Shown here piece after piece: positions 12,901 through 23,820 of a stretch of DNA of 64,000 nt. The translations under genes and the position numbers were made by a program. Below the pieces are notes generated by a model that was not told where the DNA came from, made no database searches, and was given only the letters and a program-made list of their open reading frames with translations. Location: the NCBI GenBank assembly GCA_044892525.1, contig CM097885.1:22568001-22632000 (forward strand), read 5' to 3'. Every line of letters starts with the position of its first letter. Position 1 is the first letter of the stretch. This DNA comes from Schmidtea polychroa (lineage: Eukaryota).

Positions 12901-14508
12901 NNNNNNNNNNNNNNNNNNNNNNNNNNNNNNNNNNNNNNNNNNNNNNNNNNNNNNNNNNNNNNNNNNNNNNNNNNNNNNNNNNNNNNNNNNNNNNNNNNNN
13001 NNNNNNNNNNNNNNNNNNTTCTGCTCTGATATAGAAGTAAAAATCACGCAAAATTTATCTTATTAAAATTATTGTTTTTGTAATAAATAAAATATTTGTG
13101 CTTAAAATTTAATAAAAATATCTTTTTTTACTTTCAATTTTTTTATTTGTCACGGACGGCGGTTTTCGCTGGTGCGCGCTGATCTGAACTGTGTATAAAT
13201 GCAAAGTTTCAAGTCAATCAGATATGTAGAAGGGAATCAAAATTAGATCATAAAGTTTGACCCCAACTAAGAAACAAGTAAAGCTAAAACAAAATTTGTA
13301 AAAAGAAATATTTCAAACTATTATTATATAGAATAAATTATAACAGAAAAATATATATATTAGTACTTGTAATAGTTGTCTTTAGATCTGTTTCATATGC
13401 ATATGTTGATTCCGAGACAAACTCCGCCTTATTTCACCATATGTTGCCAATGAAAAGGAATATATGCTTATTTATAATCCGCTAGATAACATAGCTGATA
13501 GACGGTTCAATTGGGGAAAACAGATTTTTTTCAGAATTCAGACATTGGGATGAATAAGATAAATTTGGAATAGTAATCAAAAATTTTTGTATAATTATTT
13601 TACTTAACTTGTCTATAAAATAAACAGCAGTATTTCGTAAGTTTTATTTAATATATTAGCAAATGATGATTTCTTGGTGACAACATAAATGAAATGTTAA
13701 ACAAATAAGTGATAAGCCTTTTCTGCAAATTTTTATTAAGAGAAAGTTTTCTAATATAAAATAATCCTTTTCAATCTACTGCAGAATTTGGTTCGAATGT
13801 TCAATTTTTGCTTCTGATTAAACGACAAATTCAATAAAAAATTCAAAATCGCTGAAAATCTTTTTTAAAAATAATTAACTCCAGAATTTAATATTTTCAT
13901 TTTAATTTTTAACGTTCATTTTTCCTTTTTATTAATTTTAATTTTTTACAAAGCTCTAAGAAATACTACAAGATATTTATTTCCAGAATTTTCAATTTTA
14001 TCCTATTTTTTTTAAATATAAAAAATTAATTATTTACCCATTTAATATGATGTTTTTAAATTGTCCAGATAACTTTTACAGCATCTAACAGTCAAATAGC
14101 ATTTTTACAAGAACTACATTCTAAAGCTGAACAGGCGATTGTTTTAACCTGTCGGAAGTCCGTTGTTTATTTCGATAGTACGCGAAAAAATTACAGAAGT
14201 GCAATACAAATGAAAGCGTTTAATGACAGAAAATTACATTCCCACTTTGATAAACGGATAAAATCTGAAGCAGGAACCAATTTACTGGAAATTAGGATAA
14301 AAGACGATTGCATGGTTTGGTCCAATTGTTTATCACTTTATAACTTTATTGATAACTTTAGGAACGTTTAGCAACCTCTACTTCAGCACAAATAACTTTA
14401 ATAGCCAAAGATGTTCGTTATCTACCAATCATTGATATTAAATTTCAAGACTTTGGAAATCCCGACCAGCTGTTGGGATATTATTTTGATTCTGTTTGTT
14501 TTTCTTAA
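3930..14508 (+). CDS. Fibrillar collagen alpha chain, 3' part (Gly-X-Y helix end, C-telopeptide, COLFI C-propeptide); 5' exons lie outside the window
   Basis: Phase-consistent exons 3930-4253, 4303-4356, 4402-4654, 7877-8038, 8083-8378, 14069-14314, 14362-14508. Uninterrupted Gly-X-Y. COLFI motifs GTKENPSRSCKDI, FWIDPNMG, KTCIP, QIAFLQELHSKAEQAIVLTC, LPIIDI..D.G..Q....VCFS*. One or two small exons between 8378 and 14069 are unresolved. Confidence 0.93.
4978..5411. repeat. Fold-back (long palindromic) element
   Basis: About 185-bp arms (4978-5160 and 5229-5411) are near-perfect inverted copies, and the spacer is itself a hairpin. Related sequence occurs at 9609-9709 and 48805-48895. Confidence 0.85.
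5428..5650 (+). repeat. 22-bp minisatellite (AAATCTTGAAATAATATATTTA) x10 in the left TIR
   Basis: Counted directly. One variant unit (TATGTAAAAACTTGAAACAA). Confidence 0.95.
5807..6877 (-). CDS. IS630-like DD34E transposase (356 aa, intact)
   Basis: N-terminal HTH, VFLDETG, LIMDNCRFHH, FLPPYSPQLSPIEE. I count 34 residues between the second D and the E. No stops or introns. Confidence 0.93.
   Translation of the reverse strand: MHSKLNPSTMSNSTEQTSEERQDVRVRKRRQTVTLEIIKRVRKSVEKNTDTKTIASEQEISLQTAYNLVGKLCDGATDEEICGPKKGRKMADLSVVKSKISQILQRDASFTQPELSEELQHSGITRCSSAVSKILKKMEYTRKRLVRIPQERNTPKNIDLRQRYARETNFISNDHLVFLDETGLNLHQTRNYGYSPKNSKAYKIVKGNRGTNISCMVAIKKSGIVSYEIKNGAFNGESFCGFIEEKLLSHFRSNPNDVLIMDNCRFHHSRTVISLLESNNINFRFLPPYSPQLSPIEEYFSHFKSVLFAIHPSAANRDELKTRIRTTLDNEGIDFGGWFANMRKYIEKAFARQEFI
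6942..7190 (-). repeat. Same 22-bp minisatellite x11, inverted, in the right TIR
   Basis: Counted directly. Contains the mirror of the same variant unit (TTGTTTCAAGTTTTTACATA). Confidence 0.95.
8527..8665 (+). ncRNA. U1: U1 snRNA (divergent, or a 3'-truncated copy)
   Basis: Exact 5' ATACTTACCTGGC; helix H pairing GCGG/CCGT; loop II TTGCAC; SL3 loop CAAATGT; order and spacing as in U1. No clear canonical Sm site or SL4. Confidence 0.75.
9609..9709. repeat. Short hairpin copy of the 4978-5411 repeat family
   Basis: About 46-bp imperfect inverted arms (ttaaaaagtttgactatgaatcagtaaatttatcgatgtttttg and its complement). Confidence 0.7.
10390..11900 (-). mobile_element. Degenerate hAT transposase (ZMYM1/DUF4371 type)
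   Basis: Fragments FSVLADETTDLAGIEQISIGIRY, QGYNSCATMSG and YFRRSIFI.LDSII..LNERFS, broken by stops and frameshifts. Confidence 0.85.
12593..13018. other. Two assembly gaps (12593-12729 and 12825-13018)
   Basis: N runs. Confidence 1.
13140..13305 (+). mobile_element. Possible Helentron-associated (DINE/HINE-like) non-autonomous element fragment
   Basis: Motifs aagtttcaagtcaatc and acaagtaaagctaaaacaaaatttgtaa resemble DINE-type elements. Recalled resemblance only. Confidence 0.3.
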
Positions 14509-15201
14509 ATTAAATGGTGCCTTAATAAATAGCATGTTTGAAATATTTCTTGACAACTCGCATCATTTTCCGACCTAATTGTTATATGAATCTCAATCGA
14601 ACCGATTCAACATATTCTTTCTTAGAAACTTCTAGTGAAATTTATTTTATGAATATGAAATTACATTTTTTTTCAATGATATCTTTTTAAAATTAATACA
14701 AATGTTGAGATAGAATTTAATGAAAGCAATTAAAATTATAAATTTTAACCAAAAATAAAATAAAGTGCAAAATTAATTCAAAATGTAATAAAAAGGTAAT
14801 AATTTTTGGGGTTGGAAACAAATATTAGCGGGTCATAATTGATGAGACGAATGTGAATATAGTAATATAAAATCAAAAATTTTAATTATAATAAGATTTG
14901 TTTTAATCAATTAAATTAAGTATTCATGCACACATTGGAAATATGTGCAATATATACAAGTTTCAAATTCATAACTTCAGTTTTGTAATTTTTATATATC
15001 ATGGGTCATATGGTAAATTTATTGATAATTAAATGTGACTGAAACATCTCTTGCGCGATCTATTTCTGCATGTTTACTCTCATCATTAGGTATGAAAATA
15101 TATATATGGATTTTAAATCGCTTATTCAAACAGATTTTTAAAAATTATAAACCAAAAAATAATTTAATTAAACTTAAAACCCTTAATTATATATATATAT
15201 A

Positions 15202-16010
15202 CCCTGGCCTACCAAAAGTCTCCAGTCAAGCAGTTATTTACATATTGCAGTTTATAGTGAACGTCTGCAGTGCAAATATATGAACAGCAATAGGAACAAA
15301 GGTCACCAACACCTTCAACATGCTGTATGCGCCCATGTACACGCGCACGCACTCACAAACAGACACACACAGAATATGACTACTCACACCAGACATGCAA
15401 CAGTGATAACTATGAGTCATGTTAATGAAGGATTGTCATTTTCTTAGAATATGGCTACTCGGAGAGCGAATTTACAGACTTTCAGAAAGGCATTATTTAC
15501 GGATATTACCTTTGTGGAAAAAGTCAGAGTGAAACAGCTGTATTGACTGGCCATTCCAAAGGAACTATTAACTACTTCCTGAGGGAGTTCTGCCAGGAGC
15601 AGACACATGTCAACAAGCAACTTTCAGGCCACCCTAAACTTCTGAGCATCAGTATACAACGGCAGCTGAAACGACTTTTGGTGGGTCATCGTCGGTTTCC
15701 CCTGTCTAAGTTAGTGTCTACATTTAACACTGGTCATGTGCATCCCAGCATGTCCACCATTCGTCGCGCATTACATTTTTATGGTTTCTATGGCAGATAC
15801 TGCGCAAGGAAGTCTTTGATTACAGAATCAATTCGTCGTCGTCGCTTGAAGTGGTGCTGGGAGAGAAGGAGTTGGACAGCAGAACATCTGTGCTCATTCA
15901 TTTGGAGTGATTAATCACGTTTCACTCATTTCAACTCTGATGGATAGCAATTCTTCTGGTGTTGCGTAGGAGAAAGATTTCACCGTGACTGCATTCATCT
16001 CAGTCCATTG
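15202..16010 (+). mobile_element. Truncated Tc1 transposon relic
   Basis: Frameshifted N-terminus (TDFQKGIIYG), HTH with STIRRAL..G..GR..ARK and LKWC.ERRSWT, then IWSD* stop and truncation. Confidence 0.85.
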
Positions 16011-16694
16011 TTTTGGAAGTATTACCTAATTCAATATTTATATTTAATTTTATCCATCACAATTATTTTTCTGCCATTCGAACATTTCATTTCTAAATCA
16101 GATTTTTGCATTTTTACATTTTCAAAGGTTTAGCTTATATTTTCCATCAACTCTTTCATAAACACTTTGGTGGGTTACTGATGATCAAATATTTTGCTCT
16201 TTAGTGCTGTTGCCAGCGTAACCCAAGATACAACATTGTTTACCGCTTGATACCCGTTGAATGATCAACGTTGGTACTGTATCAAGAGGGTGAGTGCTCG
16301 CAAAAAGTGAGCGCACTACTTGCACTGTAATTGTCGAGCACTCTACTGGGTTCACGGACTGCCGATAGAAGGCTTGTGTCCGATTTGGCCTGGTCCCTTC
16401 ACCAGATTGTCTTCCCAATACCATACCCTATTCATCCCCCTTATCTCCCACATACATCATTTTTTCCAATTCATGCACACACGCTCATGTTTCATGTCAA
16501 CTCTCTAGTGAAAGTTAATAATTATTTATTAAAACACCCAGGCCCGACGCTAGAGTATTTGGCGCCCTAGGCAAACTAAAAAAATGGCGCCTCTAGTCTA
16601 GAAACAAACCCAATAATTAAAGAAGTAAATGAAAATAAAATAACTATACTTCATTTATTTATTACACAAAAATATATATAAAAACAAAAACCAT

Positions 16695-19343
16695 TTAAAA
16701 TTTAATTTTTCGTGCTTTTAGTTTAGCGAAATCTTCAAGCAGCAACTTCGTATCTATATCACGCGCCATTTCGTGTTCAATCGACAATATTGCTAATCCC
16801 ACAAGCCGTTCTTGTGACATTGTAGATCTTATATATGTTTTGATCTGTTTAAGCTTCGAAAAGCTTCGTTCACCGCTTGCCACAGAAACTGGTAGGGTTA
16901 ATAAAATTCGCAAAGCAACAAATATATTTGGAACGCTGTCCACTATATTATTTTTACAAATATAATTAAGTACATCTTCCGGCAATAAGTTTTTTGGAAT
17001 ATGTCTAGCTATAAATATCAATTCGTTCAATAAATCTGTACCATCAATATCTTTAGAATCATCGTGCCGTAAAAAATTTTCCAGTTTAAGACAATCCTCT
17101 AATATTTTCTTTGACGAAATATATTGCAAATTATGTATGTTGTATAGAAATCCAAATGTTGAATTTATCGTTGACATTTGGGTGAATCTTTGCTCAACAG
17201 ATTTTAAAGCTCTATCCAAAACTGCGAAGTAAAAGCTGATCTTAAATTTTTCTTTTGGGTTCTGAATGGGCTCATCGTTGGCTTCATATTCGAACTGTTT
17301 TTTTTGTTTTCTGATACGCTGAGTTTGTTTAAAGATTGGGGAAATTTCTGATTCTTCAGCAAGTTCTCGCGCATCTACCAATATTCTTTCAAAACCTTCA
17401 TCATTTCGGGAGTTGAATAGAAATTTTTTGGTATCTTCTAGTAGCTTCATAGCATCTTGAATATTAATTTTCTCAGATTGAAGTTGTTTGCTTGTAATAT
17501 TTATGTTGAAAAGAATATCATACCAGATAATAACAGAAACTACAAACTCGAAATTCGAAATAGCTTTAGCAAGGCCCTGTGCTTCTATACGTGAAGTATT
17601 ACCAGAAACTCCTGTTTGAGAAGTATCTTGAAAAATATCAATAAGTGCAGCAATAACTTTACTTAGCTGATAGCGTAGAGGTTTAAGGGCATCGATTCGG
17701 CTCTCCCATCTTGTATCGCTCAATGGCTTCACTGTCAAGTTTGAAGCATGACGTTTTAAAACTTCCCATCGACGTGTTGAAGCGGCAAAATAGACATATA
17801 TTCGTTGCACTAACATAAAAAATGATGTAGCATCTAAACAACAGCTTACAGCGTCATTAACAACCAGATTCAAAGAATGCGCAGAACAAGGAACAAATAG
17901 TGCTCGTGGATTTAGATTCAGAATTCGCCGTTGCACGCCATTTTCTTTGCCTTTCATATTGCTACCATTATCGTATCCTTGGCCACGCAAGTTCTCAATA
18001 GGTAATGACATATCTGCTAACATCTGAACGATTTCATCGGTCATACCAGCACCAGTTGTATCTGTTAGTTTCACAAATCCCAAAAAATGTTCTCTTATGC
18101 ATATGGGATCTAAATCACAATTTTCTGTATTTGTATGGACAAAACGAATAATCAACGTCATTTGTTCAGTATGGCTAACGTCTGGTGTGCAATCCAGGAT
18201 TATTGAAAAATATTTAGCCATGGAAATCGATTTTAAAATTTTTGTTTTAATACTCTTAGATAAAAGTTGTATTAACTCATTCTGAATATCTTTTCCCAAA
18301 TAATGAACTTGTGTTTCATTGTTCTTTATTCTGCGAAGATGCTCACCCATAATTGGATCAAAAGAGGCCAAATATTCTACAAAGCTAAGGAAGTTTCCAT
18401 TTCCAGGAGAATACAATTTTTCATTGCTTCCGCGAAATGCAATATTTTGCGTAGCAAGCACTTTAACTAGACATATAAGACGCTCTAAGACTTGTTGCCA
18501 GTGTCTCTCTTCTTGTTTTATGAGACGCAAATTATCCTGGTCAATAGTTTTATTCTTTTTTAAACGCAATTCTAGCTCCTTCCAAGTTTGAAAATTAATT
18601 AAATGATCCTTATTTTTCTCATGTCTTTCTAAAATTACAGACATATTTTTCCAATCGCTTGATTCTTTATCGGAGAGATGTATTACACGCTGGTTATTAT
18701 TAAAAATTTTGCAACAAAAGCAGAAAGCCGAATTAGTTGTTTTGGAATACTGTAGCCAATGACGCCGCATTTCTTCTCCATTTGCAAGTCTCCTATAAAA
18801 ATTCATTGAAAATTTTCTATGGCTCTCATTTTGAGGAAAATCAAATTCTTCAATTTGTTCTGGTCCGTGTTCAACCAAAATTTGCCTCAAACGGCCAGAA
18901 TGTAAGTCATGTGAATTTAACCAAGTTGCCGGATCACTATAATCAAGACTCGAATTTACGCTTTCTAATATTTCCAAAGTTTCATTAATTAAAATTTCTT
19001 CAGTGTCTTCTATAGTTTCTAATACAATTTCTTCTATAGGTTCTTCAACAGTTTCTTCAATTGTTTCAACTTCAGTTTCTTCTATAGTTTCTTCCACATT
19101 CGTATGTGGAAACTCAGTCAAAATAGGCACCTCTGCATTTCTAGTTGTAGAGTTCCTATCCATTTGCTCTTCCAAATTGCAGTATACTTGTTTTCTCGGA
19201 GTCATTTCATTTCGATTTTTATCTTGTGATTGTTGACGACAAATATATTTCAGAAAAGCACCTTCTTGCTTTTTTTCTTCATTTTTCTTTTCAGCTTTAC
19301 GTTTTCTATTTTGTGCGCCAGATAATTTTTTTCTATCTGCCAT
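16695..19343 (-). CDS. hAT transposase, ZMYM1-like (TTF zinc finger, DUF4371, hATC dimerisation), 882 aa, intact
   Basis: FCFCCKIF, SIILDCTPD, GQGYDNGSNM, CSAHSLNL, DTRWESR, SVASGERSFSKLK all present with no interruption. Confidence 0.95.
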   Translation of the reverse strand: MADRKKLSGAQNRKRKAEKKNEEKKQEGAFLKYICRQQSQDKNRNEMTPRKQVYCNLEEQMDRNSTTRNAEVPILTEFPHTNVEETIEETEVETIEETVEEPIEEIVLETIEDTEEILINETLEILESVNSSLDYSDPATWLNSHDLHSGRLRQILVEHGPEQIEEFDFPQNESHRKFSMNFYRRLANGEEMRRHWLQYSKTTNSAFCFCCKIFNNNQRVIHLSDKESSDWKNMSVILERHEKNKDHLINFQTWKELELRLKKNKTIDQDNLRLIKQEERHWQQVLERLICLVKVLATQNIAFRGSNEKLYSPGNGNFLSFVEYLASFDPIMGEHLRRIKNNETQVHYLGKDIQNELIQLLSKSIKTKILKSISMAKYFSIILDCTPDVSHTEQMTLIIRFVHTNTENCDLDPICIREHFLGFVKLTDTTGAGMTDEIVQMLADMSLPIENLRGQGYDNGSNMKGKENGVQRRILNLNPRALFVPCSAHSLNLVVNDAVSCCLDATSFFMLVQRIYVYFAASTRRWEVLKRHASNLTVKPLSDTRWESRIDALKPLRYQLSKVIAALIDIFQDTSQTGVSGNTSRIEAQGLAKAISNFEFVVSVIIWYDILFNINITSKQLQSEKINIQDAMKLLEDTKKFLFNSRNDEGFERILVDARELAEESEISPIFKQTQRIRKQKKQFEYEANDEPIQNPKEKFKISFYFAVLDRALKSVEQRFTQMSTINSTFGFLYNIHNLQYISSKKILEDCLKLENFLRHDDSKDIDGTDLLNELIFIARHIPKNLLPEDVLNYICKNNIVDSVPNIFVALRILLTLPVSVASGERSFSKLKQIKTYIRSTMSQERLVGLAILSIEHEMARDIDTKLLLEDFAKLKARKIKF

Positions 19344-19818
19344 TATGCTACCTCAAGTAAAAATTAATAGAATATAATAGATTTAATAATAGGTGTAGAA
19401 AAATCCAATATAAATTAAATTACTGTGTTGTATATATGTAAAAATTATACTGGAAGTACGACCGAAATTATATATACTTTAAATAAAAAAAATTTGAGCC
19501 CTGCACTAATTAAATTTTATTTTTTTTTTCACTTTCTGTTTATTTATTTTTTAACTTTTTTAACATTTACTTTAGTCTTTTAAAACTTTACTGCATGTGA
19601 CTTTATTCTTTTAAAATAAAACTAAAAATTATTGCGTAATTTAAAAAAATTTCAGAGCATGCTATATGCTAAATTTTTTTTAAAACCGCTTTTCAGTTAA
19701 CTTTTTTGAACTTGCAAAATATTTTTTTAAATCGATTTTCCGTTGTATTTTTTTAAATTTTAAAAGAAATAAGTAATCGGTATCGGACTAAAACAACGAT
19801 GGAATTACATGTTTTACG

Positions 19819-19830
<12 letters not shown>

Positions 19831-19906
<76 letters not shown>
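19831..19906. repeat. (TA)n microsatellite inside the hAT 5' region
   Basis: Direct read. Confidence 1.
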
Positions 19907-19908
<2 letters not shown>

Positions 19909-20343
19909 AATTCATACATATGTATATATCAATATAAAGATAGAAAGTTTATAAAATATTTAATTTACTTGATAAAAAAAGCAGAACTATTTGGCGCCCG
20001 CTTGTAAATCGGCGCCCTAGGCTGCTGCCGACGTCGCCTATGCCTAAAACCGGGCCTGAAAACACCACACATAATTCAGGTTTATGTTGGGTTAATTTCC
20101 CGTTCAATCAAAATACCAAAAATTAATACTTAATTTTAATTCAGGCAATCCAGATTAAATTAAAGTTGAGTTTAATTATCCATATTTCTTTTCCTTTTAA
20201 AAATTAAATTTTCAATTAATAATAGAAATAAAAATTTAATCCCAGGTGTTTAAATCACCTATTTATAATTAACATAATTTTGATAATTTGAAATATTTTC
20301 TTTTTAACAAACCATTTTTTTTATATATTAGTAATATTTTGCA

Positions 20344-20973
20344 ATGAAAATTTTATCAGTTTTTTTTTAATCATTGTTTACTATGTAATGTCAGCTACAG
20401 TTAATGAAAATAATTGCGAAGGTATTTGGCACTTATTTTTATTATATTTAAAAATTGTTCAGTTTGTGTTAAGTTTGTGAGACGCCTGAAAGATAGTCTA
20501 GATGGAGATGAAAGTACAAATATCGAAAATATTGAAAATAAATTCAAAAAGATGAGCAAAACAAGTAAAGGAAAAGAATAAAGTCTGGTGAGGTATTATA
20601 ACTGATTACTATAAAATTGTAATTTATTTTTAGTGTTATTATATTGGAGGATTGGTAACATCTACTGCATATATTGTAAAACATTTGTCTCAGCCTTTGA
20701 GTTGGGTTATGCCCGCTGAAAAAGTCTGAAAAACTAAAAGCAATGGATTCACAAATTTGTGAATTAAAATATGGTATGTTCAGTTAAGATTTTGAATATT
20801 AATTCAACTATTTTTCAGACAAACCTATTGATCTTACTGGTATTAATCTAAACAAAGCTCGCGTTAAAGATCTCAAAAAATATTAGAAAGCTGGGGTGAA
20901 GAATGTAAAGGTTGTACAGAAAAAACTGATTTTATCCGATTAATAAATGAAAGATGCCCATTTATGATCTTAA
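20344..20973 (+). pseudogene. MANF: MANF/ARMET homologue with introns, multiply disabled
   Basis: Exons 20344-20421, 20463-20587, 20634-20773, 20819-about 20973 give a signal peptide, [58 protein letters not shown]. In-frame TAA (20579) and TGA (20727) plus four short-run frameshifts. Confidence 0.88.
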
Positions 20974-21529
20974 CGCAGCCAAGCAAAGAAATAAAGCCGA
21001 TTTGGAGTTTTTTCTTTTTGAGTTTTTATTCAGGATGTTGTAATTAAATAAAATATTAAAATTCTTTTTTACAATGATGTAAATAAATTTGGTAATTGAA
21101 ATTAATAAATTTAGTTTACTATTGGGTTTTGTCTTTTGATTTGATTTGAACATAATTTTGTCCATAATTTTTATAAATTATTCTATCTTTATTACTTTAA
21201 AGGGGTTGTGTAAATTATTCCACAGGGGTCTTGAGGGGAAGATTATGGTATTGGTTATTTTCTAAAATCTATATATACATATACACATCCACATATATAT
21301 ACGTATACATATACACCCACACATATATACATATATGGATATAATTTAAATTAATAATATTGATGTCGTTTTCAGGGGGGGGGGGTGTTACTAAAAATAG
21401 ATTTTAGTGATTTTCCGTAATTTTATTGGAAGATAGGGCCATTGAAACTAAATTTAGAGATAGGGGAATCCCAAAATCAATAATTTGTTTTATAATTTTA
21501 TTTTTATGAAATAAAGATACTTATTTTAA

Positions 21530-21597
21530 TAATATAATAATAATAATGATAATAGTAATAATAATAGTAAGAGTGGTGATGTTATTGGTAACAATGC

Positions 21598-21639
<42 letters not shown>

Positions 21640-21675
21640 TAATAATATTAATAACGGTAATAATAATAATAATGA
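21530..21675. repeat. (AAT)n microsatellite
   Basis: Direct read. Confidence 0.95.
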
Positions 21676-21699
21676 ATGTAAATTTATATTTTTATAGGA

Positions 21700-22230
21700 T
21701 TACTACATATGGGGGGGATCATTTACGAAAATTTATGGAATTATTTTTTTTGGTTTGAAATATAATTTAACTCTATACGAAGATGATACAATTCAGTATA
21801 CTTAAGGAATAGTTAATGGCTACATGAGTTGAAGGGGGGTCATTTATGAAAATTTTCAATTTATATTTTAAAATATAATATAAGTTAAATATATATTAAG
21901 ATAAGTTAATTTAGTATGCTTAGGTAATGGGTAAAGACTGTATAATTTTGAGGGGGGTCATTCATAAAAATTTACAATTTATATTTTTAAATATTATATA
22001 AGTTAAATGTATATTTAGGTAGTAGTTGATGACGATATGGTTTATTGGGGGGTCTTTGATGAAAAATTTTCAACTATGATTTTAAAGGTAATCCAAGTTA
22101 AGTATATATATTAAATAGTCTAACTGAGTGTATCAGGTAGTGGTTGATGGTTATATGAATTAAGGGGGGTCATTTATCAAAATTTTCCAAATTTATATAG
22201 TAAAGATAATGTATTAATGTATTTAGACAA
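21700..22230 (+). repeat. Degenerate about 100-125 bp tandem repeat with a GGGGG(G)TCATT core
   Basis: G-run cores near 21711, 21835, 21951, 22047 and 22165, each followed by similar aaaattt..aatttata text. Confidence 0.75.
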
Positions 22231-22399
22231 TAATTAATGGTTAAGTGATCTGAGGAATTATTAAGTTTGATAACTGCACGTATATAAGTTAATTTATTGC
22301 TATATATATTGTTCTCGACTAATGTATAGTTTGAGGCGAAAAAACAACTGTTTTACTGTTACTGTTAAACAGTATCCAGAAACCCTACTCACAAATTAG

Positions 22400-23230
22400 A
22401 GCTAAAAAAATATTTTATTTTTTAGTTTCTAAAAATTGTAGGACCGATGTTTGTTTACTTATTTTCTTTGGGTTTTTTTCTTCAAACAACTCTCTGTAGC
22501 AACGAATTAAACTGCCAATGTTTCGGCGAATATGAATGGTGTATTCAAAATTAGGATCAACTTCCATGATATGTTCAGAAAGCTTATCGGCCATGTTATT
22601 AATCTTTGAAAGTTCTTCAGTTGATAAATCCTTTGATTGGCGTATCGACTGTATCTGCGTTATCTAAGTCAATGTCCCTTTCTTCGTAAGTTCGTTGTTC
22701 TTCATTATTAATAATAGTTTCATCGTCCGATTCATTCGTATTCGAATTAATGCACTCTATCACATTGGCAGAATCAATTTCACTAAAACCTAGGTCTCTC
22801 TCTATCTACTATGTCATAAGTGACCTCAGCAAAATGAGTCTCAAAGCCTACGAAATCATTTGCGCAATGCGGCAAGATATGTTTCCAAACTGTCCTCAGA
22901 TTGCTGGCAGTAACTTCGTGCCAAGCTTCGCCGATATTTTCAATAACATTTCTGATGTTGTAACTCTTCCAAAATTCAGTTAAAGTTGGTGCATTTTTCC
23001 CTGACGTTGCTTTTATAGCTTGCGAAAATGTTCGGTATAAATAATAGGCTTTGAATGTGCCAATAACACCTTGATCCATTGGTTGAATTAATGTGGTAAT
23101 ATTTGGGGGAAGGAAAATTATTTTTATATGTTCATTTAAATCAGAGAACCCAATTGGATGACCTGGTGAATTATCTAAAATCAATAAAATTTTATAATCT
23201 AAGTAATTTTCTTTGCAACATTTTCTAATA
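22400..23230 (-). mobile_element. Tigger/pogo DDE_1 transposase relic
   Basis: LILDNSPGHP, FLPPNITTLIQPMDQGVIGTFKAYY, FWKSYNI. Confidence 0.88.
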
Positions 23231-23599
23231 TTATAAACTTACACTTTTTGTGATTTTATTATAATTCTGGAATAGTAAGCCTATTTGTATTATTAAGAAA
23301 TTTATATTTTAAATGGCTTTTTCATACGTCTTTGCGCATTTTATTGATAAAAAATTATAAATTTTAATTTTTTCCCTTCCAAAAAAAAGCACTATAGCAA
23401 AACCGCACTAAGCGAGATATTGATGTATAAGTAAATTATTGATATTACCTGATTACAAGGGTGACCCGTCAAAAAGGGCCTCTGATATAAGGGAAAATTG
23501 GGGAAAACGATCCCTGTCAAAAGGCCCCCCACCAATAGAACCGCGTAAAGTCTGAGTAAACAAAAACACACTGTTTCCGGAAGTTTCACACCTCATCAA

Positions 23600-23820
23600 C
23601 AACTATACACTTATCCCCACTCGATCTGGAAAACCCTAAATTCTATTTTACACCGCACCGCCAAATATATTCTCTTCCTAACCAGCCTGATAAATCCACT
23701 CTTGCTAACGCATTCCGTAAATTCTACACTGACAAGATTGATCGAATTCGTGCCAAATTTACTATTCCGGCCTCTCCTGATCCATATGAAATTCCAACTA
23801 CTTCCCCGCCAAAACTATTC
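23600..23820 (+). mobile_element. CR1/L2-type LINE ORF2 fragment
   Basis: Reads SLPNQPDKSTLANAFRKFYTDKIDRIRAKF, resembling the LAN.F..FF..KI..IR linker before the RT domain. Confidence 0.6.

Larger units (their letters stand above)
16539..20058 (-). mobile_element. Full-length hAT transposon (3520 bp)
   Basis: Termini CAGGCCCG / CGGGCCTG; perfect 8-bp TSD AAAACACC (16531-16538 and 20059-20066); subterminal GGCGCCCTAGGC motifs at both ends. Confidence 0.95.

Noticed and set aside
12506-13066. ORFs crossing N runs (also 48079-48535)
   Set aside because: Gap artefacts.
21546-21758. Poly-Ile hydrophobic ORF
   Set aside because: Translation of the (AAT)n microsatellite.
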